From Squalus acanthias (lineage: Eukaryota): a DNA stretch of 64,000 bases. Numbering within the stretch: the stretch's first letter is position 1; each line of letters opens with the position of its first letter. The DNA lies in assembly GCA_030390025.1 (NCBI GenBank), contig CM059432.1:52454001-52518000 (forward strand), in the 5' to 3' direction. The translations under genes and the position numbers were made by a program. The notes beneath the pieces were generated by a model. The model saw nothing but the letters and a program-made list of their open reading frames with translations, had not been told where the DNA came from and ran no database searches. Below are positions 12,689 through 24,384 of the stretch, piece after piece.

Positions 12689-13454
12689 AGTACTTTCCCA
12701 TCATACTTTATTGGTAATATCTGTTATTATAAAAAAAGCATCCCTTCTGACTCCCTGTGAATAATGCAACGTGTAATCGACTAGTAATATATTAAAAATC
12801 TTATATCTGTGAGTACTTTCTGTCAACTTTTCCATTGTAAATTCCTATTTCCACATTTATAGTTGAAACTGTCTATGTCATATTGTAATTAGAATTTCCC
12901 ATCAGTGGTGGCACTGTATGGCGATAGAAATCTATAATGCAAATGTTAAAATAAGGACAGAATACATGATTTTAAAATGGGAACTAGGCGATGTCGACAG
13001 GCTCAAATGTTCCCCCGCCTTGAACCCTGCTTCACCTGAAGGCTACACTTGATCTTTCCTCCCCAATGTTATAGGTGATTGATTATTATATATAGAATAG
13101 TCGGAATGTGTCTTGTGATTGAAATAATCTCACGTATAGTTTGATCAGTTCCAGTGATTGGGGAAATGGCTTATCAGCAATCAAGATATCTGCTGAATAA
13201 ACTCTGTTTTAGGCCTGCAGCAACTATTGAATGGCTCAGTGTATAATAGGTTCCACTGGCATATTGCTTTGGCAGGGTGTTGGCACTGGACTTAATACCA
13301 CTACCAATCTGTCAGTTAGAAATGTCACTTTTTGTTTTGAAATTGGAAGTATTCTCTGGAAGGAAGTGCAAGAGGGACAACTGCAGCTTATTCCCTTAAA
13401 TTCATTCACTTATTATTTCCTCCTCTGGTTTCCCGGAGGTGCTGACTCAAGTTG

Positions 13455-13640
13455 GGGTGCAGCTTCACTGAGCCACATAGACCAGGAAAGTCCCAGTTGT
13501 GATCTCTGATCTGTGCTGAATTAACTAATCTCAGTTGGGGCGGTGGTGGGCGTACTACAATTGGTCTCAGTTCTTCCAAGCTAGGGAAGCAACAAATGAA
13601 CAAGGGTGCCTACTCCTGATTGCTATCCAGTGATGTCTGG
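13455..13640 (+). mobile_element. Old SINE-like repeat; related copies on the opposite strand at about 16105-16260, 46945-47150 and 49445-49640
   Basis: Shared blocks (CTGTGCTGA.TTA.CT.ATCTCAG, CTACAATTG..CTCAG, CCTG.TTGCTATCCAGTGA) among four diverged copies. Confidence 0.5.
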
Positions 13641-13689
13641 ATACTGTCTTCAGCTGATGTTCACTTTCAAGCACAGGTCACAAGAAGAT

Positions 13690-16103
13690 TAAGGGGTGAT
13701 CTAGAAAATTGATGGGTGATCTGATCAAGGTGTTTAAAATGCTAAAACGATTTGATACGGTCCATACGGATCAACTATTTCCTCTGGGACATAATCTTAA
13801 AATTAGAGCTAAGCCATTCAGGATCACAATTAGGAAGCACTTTTTCACATAAAGGGTAGTAGAAATTTGGAACTCTCTCCCCAAAAGGCTATGGTTTCTA
13901 GGACATTTGTTACGTTCAAGGTTGAGATAAAGATTTTAGTTAGGTAAGGGTATCAAGGGATATGGAGCAAAGGTGGGTAAATTGAAGAGGTGACTAAAGT
14001 AGTGGACAGGGGAATGTCTAGTTATTTATATGGACTTCCAGAAGGCATTCGATAAGGTCCCTCATAAGAGACTGTTAGCTAAAGTTGAAGCTCATGGAAT
14101 TGAAGGCAAATTATTGACCTGGTTAAGAAATTGGCTGAGCGACAGGAGACAAAGAGTCGGATAATGGGCAGGTACTCTAATTTGGCATAAAAACATAAGC
14201 ACATAAGAAATAGGAGCAGGAGTAGGCCATTTGGCCCTTCGAGCCTGCTCAGATCATGGCTGATCTTCTACCTCATCTCCACTTTCCTGCACTATCCCCA
14301 TATCCCCATTGGCAGATATGACTAGTGGTGTCCCACAGGGATCTGTATTGGGGCCTTAACTATTCACATATTTATTAATGACTTAGATGATGGGATAGAG
14401 AGCCACATATCCAAGTTTGCCGATGACACAAAGATAGGTGACATTGTAAGCAGTGTAGATGGAATTACAGAGATATTGGCCCAGAAATTAAACAGTGAGG
14501 GTTCCCGCGGGGGTAAGGAATCCCCGCGATATCGCACTCCGCGCCTACCTTTTTGCTCCGGGCCCACACGAACTTTAGTTTGAACGGCTCTCTCTCTTGG
14601 AACCGTGCAGTGCTTGCGTGACCCAGAGACGCAATTAGTTCGTGCGAGCTCTGGGATCACGTGATTCAGTTAGAGCCAATGGCAGCACACCATCTTTCAT
14701 TCATAGTTTTGACAGGAAGACCTGTCAAAGCTATGAATACTACACACCCCCAAAAGAACAGCTAAACCTCAATTAAATTTAAAAAAAAGCCATCACATTA
14801 ATAAAATAAGTATAGTTAAATAAATTAACCACTTTAAACAAAAAAATTAAATTTTTGAAAAAATTTAAAATCTTTTTAAAAGTTATAAAAATAAACTTAC
14901 CTTTCTTTAAAGTCTCTAAAAAAGATAAACCTGTTGAAAAAAATTTAAAATAACACTTAATTAACTACTTACCTTGTTAAAAGGGTGTCCTACGCCTGCT
15001 TTCTTTATGTGTAAAATATCCAACACTTACCTGCGCGTTCAAAGCTGAAAAAATAACTAAGTGCACTGCGTGCGCACAGCCTGTAGTGGGCACGTGGTTC
15101 ACTTAGGAACCGCCCCCTTTTCAATTCACGAAGTGCCGGTTTCCCGCGCATGCGCAGTGCATGCAGGAAACCGGCAATTCGAGATCTAATACGTGAGAGT
15201 ACACAGTGCGTACTCTCGCGTATTAGGTTTAATTTTTGGGCCATTAATAGATTAAGTGCATGGGCAAAACTGTGGCAAATGGACTTCAATGTAGCCAAGT
15301 GTAAGGTTATCCACTTTGGACCTAAAAAGGATAGATCAGAGTACTTTCTAAATGGTGAAAAGCTAGAAACAGTGGAGGTCCAAAAAACCTTAGGGGTTCA
15401 TGTACATAGATCATTAAAATGACATGGACGGGTACAGAAAATAATCAAAAGGGTAATGAAATGCTGGCCTTTATATCTAGAGGACTAGAATACAAGGTGG
15501 GTGGGCGGGGTGCAGTAGAAGTTATGCTGCAGCTATGCAAAGCCCTGGTTAGACCACAGCTGGAGTACTGTGAGCAATTCTGGGCACCACACCGTAGGAA
15601 GGATATATTGGCCTTGGTGGGAGTGCAGCGTAGGTTTATCAGAATGATACCCAGACTCCAAGGGTTAAATTACGAGGAGAGATTACACAAACTAGGGTTG
15701 TATTCCCTGGAATTTAGAAGGTTAAGGGTGATTTGATCGAAGTTTTCAAGATATTAAGTGGAACTGATAGGGTAGACAGAAAGAAATTATTTCCGCTAGT
15801 TGGGGATTCTAGGACCAGGGACATAGCCTAATAATAAAGCCAGGCCTTTCAGGAATGAAGTTAGGAAATACTTCTACAAGCAAAGGGTGATAGAAATTTG
15901 GAATTTTCTTTCGCAAACAGCAATTGATGCTAGGTCAATTGCTAATTTTAAATCTGAGATTGATAGATTTTTGTTAACCAAAGATAATGCGGCAAAAGGT
16001 GGGTATATGAAGTTCGATCACAGATCAGCCATGATCTCGTTGAATGGTGGAACAGGCTCGAGGGGCTGAATGGCCTGCTGCTGTTCCTAATGTTCATATG
16101 TTC
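13690..16103 (+). mobile_element. CR1 RT-to-3' end fragments with nested insertions
   Basis: DFQKAFDKVPH, GVPQGSVLGP, KFADDTK, LEYCEQFWAP and a 3' UTR. Interrupted by a minus-strand CR1 tail (about 14190-14306) and a MITE. Confidence 0.85.
14478..15242. mobile_element. PIF/Harbinger-type MITE with a 3-bp TSD (ATT)
   Basis: 16-bp TIRs GGCCCAGAAATTAAAC / GTTTAATTTTTGGGCC (15/16 match). ATT is on both sides, and removing the element restores the CR1 sequence GATATTAATAG. Confidence 0.85.
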
Positions 16104-16539
16104 CGAAGATAGCTATCAGGATTAGGAACTCTGGGTGACTTTTCTCAACCCCAGTCCAGGGACACTGAAGCCAATTGTAATGCCTTATCACAGATCTCAC
16201 TGAGATCAGCTAATTCAGTGCAGACCACGGTTTGAAATCCCAGTCAGCTCAGTTCCACAATAAGTATTTGCTTTATCACCTGAGAGATCAAGGAGACAAG
16301 ATATAAGCCGTTCTAATCATATTGGAACTGAAAGTGATTAGTTAATGACTTGAAATCAGTAAAAAAAATGAAAAACTCAATTTTCTGACACAAAATATTT
16401 TAGATAAAATCAGGAATTCAAAAGCTGTTAGTTTTGGGGTTGTATTTCAGGTCAGCTGTGTTACCCTACATATGTGACCTATGCATGCAACAATGAAGAT
16501 ACCACCACTAAATTCTGCCTCATTTTGTTATTATTGCAG

Positions 16540-16674
16540 AGTAAGATCCAAGTTTTCAGATGGAATGTTAGAAACCTCTTCTGGAAGCCCTCAAATGAAG
16601 AGAGCAAAGCAATACTACTCTGGGGGGAAAGAGAATGAAGCTGTTGATTACATAGTGCCTGTCTTCAGACAATG
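16540..16674 (+). CDS. MYOM1: MYOM1 coding exon 2 (head domain; SPQMKRAK...KENEAVDYIVPVF)
   Basis: TTGCAG| acceptor, TG|GTATGA donor, phase 2-2, 135 nt. Confidence 0.85.
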
Positions 16675-16904
16675 GTATGACTGCACATCACTAGTAACAC
16701 GGTTATACAAATAAGGGAATTAGCCACTATTACTGCCTTAGGGATTAGAAAAGTGTTTGAGAGAGTGTACTAGCACCTGTAGCTGCATGTCAAAAGTCTA
16801 ATTGGTGACTTTAGAGGTCACTGTTAGAATCATTATTTGTTTTATAACTGTGAATACTCTTTGCTTTCCAGATTTGTATATTTTCCTTCCATTAGATATT
16901 GGGG

Positions 16905-17688
16905 AGACTGAGCCATTATCTTCAGCCCCTGCCACAAACCTCGTACCCTTGCCATTGATTCCACTCCCATCCCCAGCCACTGTCTCAGGCTTAACCAGAC
17001 TGTTTGCAACACCGGCATCCTATTTGACCCCATAATGAATTTCCAACCCTGTATCCACTCCATCACAAAGACCACCTACTTCTACATCTCTAATATCATC
17101 TGGCTGCTCCCTTGCCTCATCTCATCTACCACCAAAACTCTCATCCAGACTTGATTATTCCAATGCTCTTTTGGCTGGCCTCCCATCTTCCACACTCAGT
17201 AATTTTCAGCTCTTCCAAAACATTGCTGTCTGTATCTTATCCCGCACTAAGTCCCACTTACCCATCAGCCCTGTCCTTGCTGACCTATATTGGCTTCTGG
17301 TCCTTCAGTGCCTTCAATTTAAAATGATCATCCTCATATTTAAATCTCTATCTTCATTGCCTCACTCTGCCCTGTGTCTGTAACCTCCTCCAGCTCTACG
17401 ACCCCATCCCCAAAACTTTTTGTTTCTCTGACCCTGGCCTCATGTGTATCCCCCCTACCTTTGCTCCAGTCATCTAGACCTCATGCTCTAGAATTCACTC
17501 TCTAAACCCCTCTGCCACCCCACCTCCCTCTCCTCATGTAAGACCGTCCTCTTTGACCAAGCTTTTGATCATCCCTCTTAATATCTCCTCCTTGGGCTCG
17601 CTGTCCACTTTTGTCTGATTACGCTTCTGTGAAGTGCTTTGGGACTTTTTCTATGTTAAAGGTGCTATATAAAGGCAAGTTGTTGTTG
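16905..17688 (+). mobile_element. L2-clade LINE 3' part (decayed)
   Basis: RLDYSNALLAGLP...ISPVLADLYWL; tail GTGCTATATAAAGGCAAG(TTG)n. Confidence 0.8.
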
Positions 17689-17699
17689 ACTTTTTTCCC

Positions 17700-18745
17700 C
17701 AGAAGTGGTAACTAAAGGCAATGTAGTAAATATAATGCATAAGGATTTCCAGAAAACATTTGATGAGGTGTCTCACAATAGGCACGTTAGAAAAAATCAG
17801 GAGTGTGGTATAAGTGGAAATGTAAAGGCGTTGATAGAAAGTTGGTTGTCATAAACACAGAGTTAAGGTGAATGGGTGTTGCTCGGGCTGGAGAGGGTTG
17901 GATGTAGTGTTCCCCATGAGTCAGGACTGGGTCTTTTGTTCCTGACATATATAAATGACTTGGAGTTGGGTATGGGGAACACAATCCGAAATTTGCTGAC
18001 AACGTAAATGTGGGAGTCGGCAAACAGTGAGGAGGACTATGGAATACTTCAGGAAGGTCTAGACAGGTTAGTTGAATGGGTGGACAGATTACAGATTCAA
18101 TTTAATGTGGATAAGCATGATTTAATATGTTTTAAGAGACAAAACAAGGAATGGGAGTAAATACTCAATCGAAAGATGCTGACGGGTGTGATGAACAGGG
18201 AGATCAAAGGGTTCAAATACATAATTCTTGGAAAGTGTGTGTGCAGATAGGTAAAGCCATAAAAGAGCTAACAGAATTTTGATTCTATAAATAGGGGCAT
18301 AGAGAACAAGAGTAAATAGGTAAAGATACTTTAGTGCAAAACGTGTGTTAGGCCATTGTCAGAGTACTTTGTGCAGTTTTATATAGAAAGGACAATAATG
18401 CCATTAAGAGTATACAGGGTAGATTCACCAGGATGATCCCAGAGATGGGAAAGTATAGTTATGAGGAGACTTGAGATACTGCTTCCACTGGATCAGAGAA
18501 AGCCAAGAGAAGATTTAATAGAGTTCTTTAACATTATGAGGGTTCTGATAGGGTGAACAAGAAAAGATGATTTGCTCTTGTTAGGGAGTCAGTGAAGAGC
18601 GATCATTAATTTATAATTGTCTTTAAGAGATTGAGGTAAGAGGTTAGGAAAAATTTCTTATTATTTGAGGGTTATTGGAGCATGAAATGCTTCGTCACAG
18701 GGCATGGTTGAGACATAGACCTTTGCACCTTCTATGGTAATATGG
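17700..18745 (+). mobile_element. Old, diverged CR1 RT fragment
   Basis: Recognisable DFQK.FD.V.H.R and KFAD motifs, with many stops. Confidence 0.7.
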
Positions 18746-18757
18746 GATCAATATTCG

Positions 18758-19159
18758 AAGCAGCGCCTCGATTTCAAAATTCTCATCCTTGTTTTCAAAT
18801 CCCTCCATGGCCTCGCCCCTCCCTATCTCTGTAATCTCCTTCAGCCCCACAACCCCCCGAGATATCTGCGCTCCTCTAATTCTGCCCTCTTGAGCATCCC
18901 TGATTATAATCACTTAACCATTGGTGGACGTGCCTTCTGTTGCCTAGGCCCTGGAAATCCCTGCCTAAACCTCTCCGCCTTGCTACCTCTCTTTCCTCCT
19001 TTAAGACGCTCTTTAAAACCTACCTCTTTGACCAAGCTTTTGGTCACCTGCCCTAATTTATCCTTATGTGGCTCGGTGTCAAATATTTTGTCTTATAATA
19101 CTCCTGTGCAGCGCCATGGGATGTTAAAGGCGCTATATAAATACAAGTTGTTGTTGTTG
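18758..19159 (+). mobile_element. L2-clade LINE 3' end
   Basis: FKILILVFKSLHGLAPPYL...; tail GCGCTATATAAATACAAG(TTG)n. Confidence 0.85.
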
Positions 19160-19520
19160 AAGCAGAGGAAGATACAGGACTATGGGGAGGGAGCGGGCAG
19201 TGGGCCTAGTTTTGTATTGGTCTAGTATTGGCATAATAGGATGAATGGCTTCCTTCTGTGCTGTAAAGTACTATGGTTTTAATTTCAAGACTATAGAAGT
19301 TAATGGGAACACAATGGACCATGAACAAATTTTGTTATAATAAAGTTTGTCTGTATATGCTGAAGAGCTTGTCCGTTGGTAGATAGACAATAATGGAAGT
19401 GAAGTAACCAATTATAATGTGGAAGGGAAATACAATGAAAAAGAAATGTGGGAAAGCTATACATAAAAAACTAATTGATAATAAGAAAGATTTACTTATG
19501 TGCTGCTTGTCTTTGTTTAG

Positions 19521-19719
19521 CCATGAGTGTGGCAGTGGAATTACTGGCACAGAAGATGAAAGAATCAAGCAGTCTGCAGGGTACCTTACCAGAAAGAATC
19601 TTTTTGAGGCAGAGTCTCATTCTGTCAAAAGGACTACTGCTGAAGAACACAGTGTAATGCACAAGTCAAGAAAAGTTGCCATCCGGGAGTCTGCTGAACG
19701 CATTTCACTGAATAAAAGG
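19521..19719 (+). CDS. MYOM1: MYOM1 coding exon 3 (SGITGTEDERIK...KSRKVAIRESAERISL)
   Basis: TTTAG| acceptor, AGG|GTAAAT donor, phase 2-0, 199 nt. Confidence 0.9.
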
Positions 19720-21147
19720 GTAAATATAAAGAGCAATATTCAGTCCAGACTACAAGCATCAGATACTGAACCAAAGCCAGTGTCAGCAAAGAATCAGTTT
19801 ATTTCAGTGAAAGGAATAAGAATTTAAGATTTTTTAGAAGCAGGAAAAGACGTTAGGTACAACAAGCCCATCTCTTTTTGATAGATCAACCCCATCTTCT
19901 CAACATATCCCAAAATCCCTTCCCTTTAAGGAACTACATCTAGTTGCCTCTTGAACCCAGTTATAACATCCAGAACAATGGTCTTCCCTGGTAATTAGTT
20001 CCCAATTCTACTGCTGTTTGGGTAAAAATGTTTTGCCTTCCTTCCCTTCTTGCTCCTAATTTCTTAATTTATAAATGTTTTTTTGTTCTGATTTTCTCCC
20101 CTTTTCCTGTTCTCTTTCTCTCTTGAAGACACTAGCCTAGAATTTCTATCTGTCACTTTAATGCCAATGTGACCCTGTCCCAAATCTAGGGAATGGGAAC
20201 ATTTAAATTTTAGAAGTGGGTGTCAGTACCTGTACTGTTGAAACAAGGGGGCCTGCCCCATATAGCCAGCGTAATCTCGGAGCACACCCTACTGCTCCAA
20301 GTGGGGGAGCCATGGGCAGATCAGCCCAAGGAAGGTAAGGAATCAATAGCATTCAATCTTTCTGCTTTTGTGACTGGAGGGACCACTTTAGGGCTGAAAA
20401 CAGAAACTATAGCCCTAATTTTAACTTGGAGTGGGAATCAAGTGGGAGGGGATCGAAGCGAGCGCCAAACCCCCTGAGCTCGGAATTGTGAGGCCTGGAA
20501 GATTTTAGCTCCCGGGACCTTATCTGCAGGCCCCCGCTCAGTTGCCCTCCCAAAACTGGTGAGAAGCAGCAGCTGGCCGGTGGGCCAGAGTGGAATGTCA
20601 GATGGCAGATGGCTGCTGGCTGGAACCAAAGGAACCAAAGGAACAGTCACCGGCAGTGAGGTAAGTCACGGGGAGGGGTTTTGGGGGTTCTTGCAAGCAG
20701 GAATGAGTAGTGTGAGAAACCACAAACAAGGGCATATTGCAGTATTAATGAGTTAATCTGTCCATCTGGCTGAAATCAATGATGCTCTTCATTATTACCT
20801 ACCATTTACATATGTACAAAAGGAGAAAAAAAACCAACAGATTAAGGCACTGCAGTTCAAAACTGAGAAGGCGTGAACACAATTTCTTGTTACTGGCACT
20901 AACTCAGTGTGTTAGTGACAAGAAAGCAGTTTTACAGCTTCTCATTTTACACTTTGTAATCTGAGCTGTATTTTTCCACTGTATTTGAGCACTGCTGGTG
21001 GCAGCATTACATTTCTGAACTTAATGTCCCAGGTCCATTGAATATGTCCTTCACTTCTTTATTTTAGTACATTGGAATTATATAGCTCAGTTAAGCAGTA
21101 TGTATTATTTTTTAGCACAACATTCTTTTCCTGTTAGCAGCCATTAT

Positions 21148-22930
21148 TACTACAACAATTTACATTTCTATAGCACCTGTAGAATAACAGAACATCCCAA
21201 GGCGCTTCATTGTTCAATGTCAGACCAAAGCAGGAATAGGAGGATAATTAGGAGAGCCAAAGGCATGGTTGAACAGGTAGGTTTAAGGAGGCTTTTGAAG
21301 GTGAAGAGAGATGTAACAAGGTGGATCGGCTTTGAGAGGGGGGTTAGTTCTAGAGTGTTGTGATTGCCACCAGTGGTAAGGCAGCGGGAGTGGGGACACT
21401 TAACTGACCAGAGATGGAAGCATGGAGGGTGCAAGCTGGGACTGGAGAAGGTCAGAGAGGTAGGATGAATTGAAACTTATCTCATTGAAACTTATAAAAT
21501 TCTGACAGGACTGGACAGACTAGATGCAGGAAGGATGATCCCGATGGTCGGGGAGTCCAGAACCAGGGGTCACAGTCTAAGGATAAGGGGTAAGCCATTT
21601 AGGACAGAAATGAGGAGGAATTTCTTCACCCAGAGAGTGGTGAACCTGTGGAATTCTCTACCACAGAAGGCAGTAGAGGCCAATTCATTAAATATATTCA
21701 AGAAGGAGTTGGATATATTTCTTAACGCTAAAGGGATCAAGGGATATGGGGAGAAAGCAGGGACAGGGTTCTGAATTTGGATGATCAGCCATGATCGCAT
21801 TGAATGGCGGAGCGGGCTAGAGGGGCCGAATGGCCTACTCCTGCTCCTATCTTCTATGTTTCTATGAAGTGAAATCTTGGAGGACACAGATTTTGAAGCC
21901 AGTGAAACTGAGAAATAGGGCGACAGTAAGGATACAGGGGAGAAAGGAGAGAAGGACTTTGTGTGGGACATAATGTGGGCAGTAGAGATCTGGATGAATT
22001 AGAGTTTATGGAGTTTGGGGGAATGACAGGTAGGGCGTTGAAAAAAATGGAGTCCGGAGGAGATAAGGGCATCATTGAGGGCTCCTACGACAGTGGGGAT
22101 GAGATAGAGATGGAGGTGGGTGCTCTTTTAGAAGTACAAGTACACAGTCTTGTACGGATGTGGAGTTTGAAGCTCAGCTCAGGGCTGAGCACGACACTGA
22201 GACTATACACCTTTGGGTTGGTCTTGAATGGACATCCAAGAAGGGAGATGGAATCAAGGGCTAAGGCACAGTTTCTGACACTGACTGAACAAGATGGCTT
22301 TGCTCTTGCTAATGTTGAGCTGCAGAAAGTTCTGGTTCATCCAAAACTTGATGCCAGATGGGTAGTCGAACAGCAGAGTGCCAATCATGGAATCAAGGTA
22401 GTGGCGGAGCAGTAAAGTTGCATATTGTTGGCAAACATGTGACTGCTGATGGGGATTGTCACTGAAGGGCAACATATAGATGACGAATAGGAGGAGCCAT
22501 GGATGAAACACCAGAGATGTCCATAACGGTACTAGAAAAGAAGCCATTGCAGGAGCTGTGCTGGGTACAATGGAAAAGGTAGAAATCGAGCCACATAAAG
22601 ACAGCACCATGGAGGCTGACTACAGAGGAGCTGGTGGAGTATGATGGTATGGTCTACCATATAGAGTGCTGAAGAGGGGTTGAGTAGGATGGTGCTAGAT
22701 AATGCGCTATGACCACAATCGCACAGAACATTATGGTGACTTTAACTCGGGTGGTCTCAGTGCTGTGAACAATTGGAGTTAGACTGAAGGGATTTGAACA
22801 GGAAGTAGTAGGGGAGGTGAGCACTGAGTTGGGTGGTGGGTCAGAAAGGAAGGAAAGGTTGGTGATGTACAGGACAGAGAGATGCAGGATAGATTTTTTT
22901 TTTAGCTGTTTTGAAAGGGAGGGGAATAAT
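21148..22930 (-). mobile_element. Old L2 fragment, split by a young + strand CR1 3' end (about 21478-21866)
   Basis: L2-type motifs (IKFWMNQNFLQLNISKS) on the minus strand. The inserted CR1 encodes NFFTQRVVNLWNSLP, followed by a 3' UTR and TTCTATG tail. Confidence 0.75.
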
Positions 22931-22960
22931 GACTTAAGAACGATTAATTACAGTCCAACG

Positions 22961-23339
22961 TCAGAGACATGAGCACAAAAATCTAGACTGACACTCCAGT
23001 GCAGTACTGAGGGAGTGCTGCACTGTCAGAGGTGCCGTCTTTCAGATGAGACATTAACCCGATGCCCCCGTCAAGACGGAAAAGATCCTATGGCACTATT
23101 TTGAAGAAGAGCAGGGGAGTTATCCCTAGTGTCCTGGCCAATATTTATCCCTCAATCAACATCACTAAAACAGATTATCTGGTCATTATCACATTGCTGT
23201 TTATGGGAGCTTGCTGTGCATAAATTGGTTGCTGCGTTTCCTACATTACAACAGTGACTCCACTTCAAAAAAAGAAAGTACTTCATTGGGATGTCCGGTA
23301 GTCATGAAAGGCGCTATATAAATGCAAGTCTTTCTTTCT
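22961..23339 (+). mobile_element. Deu-domain SINE (SacSINE1-like), 5' truncated
   Basis: Colinear with 12150-12688; tail GGCGCTATATAAATGCAAGTCTTTCTTTC. Confidence 0.75.
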
Positions 23340-23919
23340 AATGGGTTCTACAAGGGTAAAACTTTAACTGGGCGCGTCCTTTTTCAACAGCCATTGGCTA
23401 GACTACATCTCACCATGGAAAACTTGAGTGGAACAGGCCGACTTAGGGAAGCCCCTTTCCCTGAGGGGTACCAAAACACGTGTTAGGCCGCTCAATAGCA
23501 TATGCATGCGTCCTGACACTTGTTTTAGGTAGCCTGGCCAGGCACCTAAACAATCAGGTATGTAAAAATCCCTGCTGAGTGGGAACAGAGTGGGCATTTT
23601 ACCCACTCCAATTTAACTGCCCACCCGCCGGAGGGATAATTAAAATTCCCCGCAATGACTCATTGTCATGAGGTTTGCATTGTGAAATTGTGTGCGTATC
23701 TACAGGCTATAATAGTTTGCTAGATACTTTTACATAAAGAACTTCAAGAATACTGATTTTGCTTAATTGAATATGCTAATATTTTCTTTTGGAATGCAAA
23801 TTTTGCCTTGTTTTTGGTTAATCTATAAAAACAGAGGTACAATATTTAAATGATGGTGTTGTTAGTGCTGAAATGTTTTTCATTGAATCAGCCTCACGTT
23901 CTTATGCATCTCGCCTCAG

Positions 23920-24077
23920 ATTCACGAGACTCAAGAATTTCACAGCAGACTGAGAGAGGACAGCCTGCTTCGTATGCCTGAGTTTATAATCAAGCCAAGA
24001 TCCCACACTGTCTGGGAGAAGCAGAATGTGAAGTTACACTGCACTGTCACAGGGTGGCCTGAGCCTCGAGTCACATG
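23920..24077 (+). CDS. MYOM1: MYOM1 coding exon 4 (start of Ig My2: PEFIIKPRSHTVWEKQNVKLHC...WPEPRVTW)
   Basis: CTCAG| acceptor, TG|GTAAAT donor, phase 0-2, 158 nt. Confidence 0.95.
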
Positions 24078-24384
24078 GTAAATAAATACCTCTATTATAT
24101 TCACACAATATATCACCCCCTCCCACAACAGCCTTATTTGTCTACCAAACCTTGTTTTTATTTTAAAAAGCCAGATAAAATTCTACCAATTGAGAGAAAG
24201 TAAAACATACATAGACAGTCAGCTCTACCCTTTCTTTCCTAATATGTTCTTACGGTAAGTAAGGTTTAAAAGAAGAGCCTCAGGGTAGATATTGTAAAGT
24301 GCAAGAATATTGCTATTGTATTTAATCTATGTAATAGGGAAAATGTTTCCACTGGTAGGAGGGTCGGTAACCAGAGGACACAGA

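Noticed and set aside
19720..19827. Reading frame continuing past the coding exon 3 donor
   Set aside because: A good phase-0 donor at 19719 matches the next exon, and the extension has no myomesin similarity.
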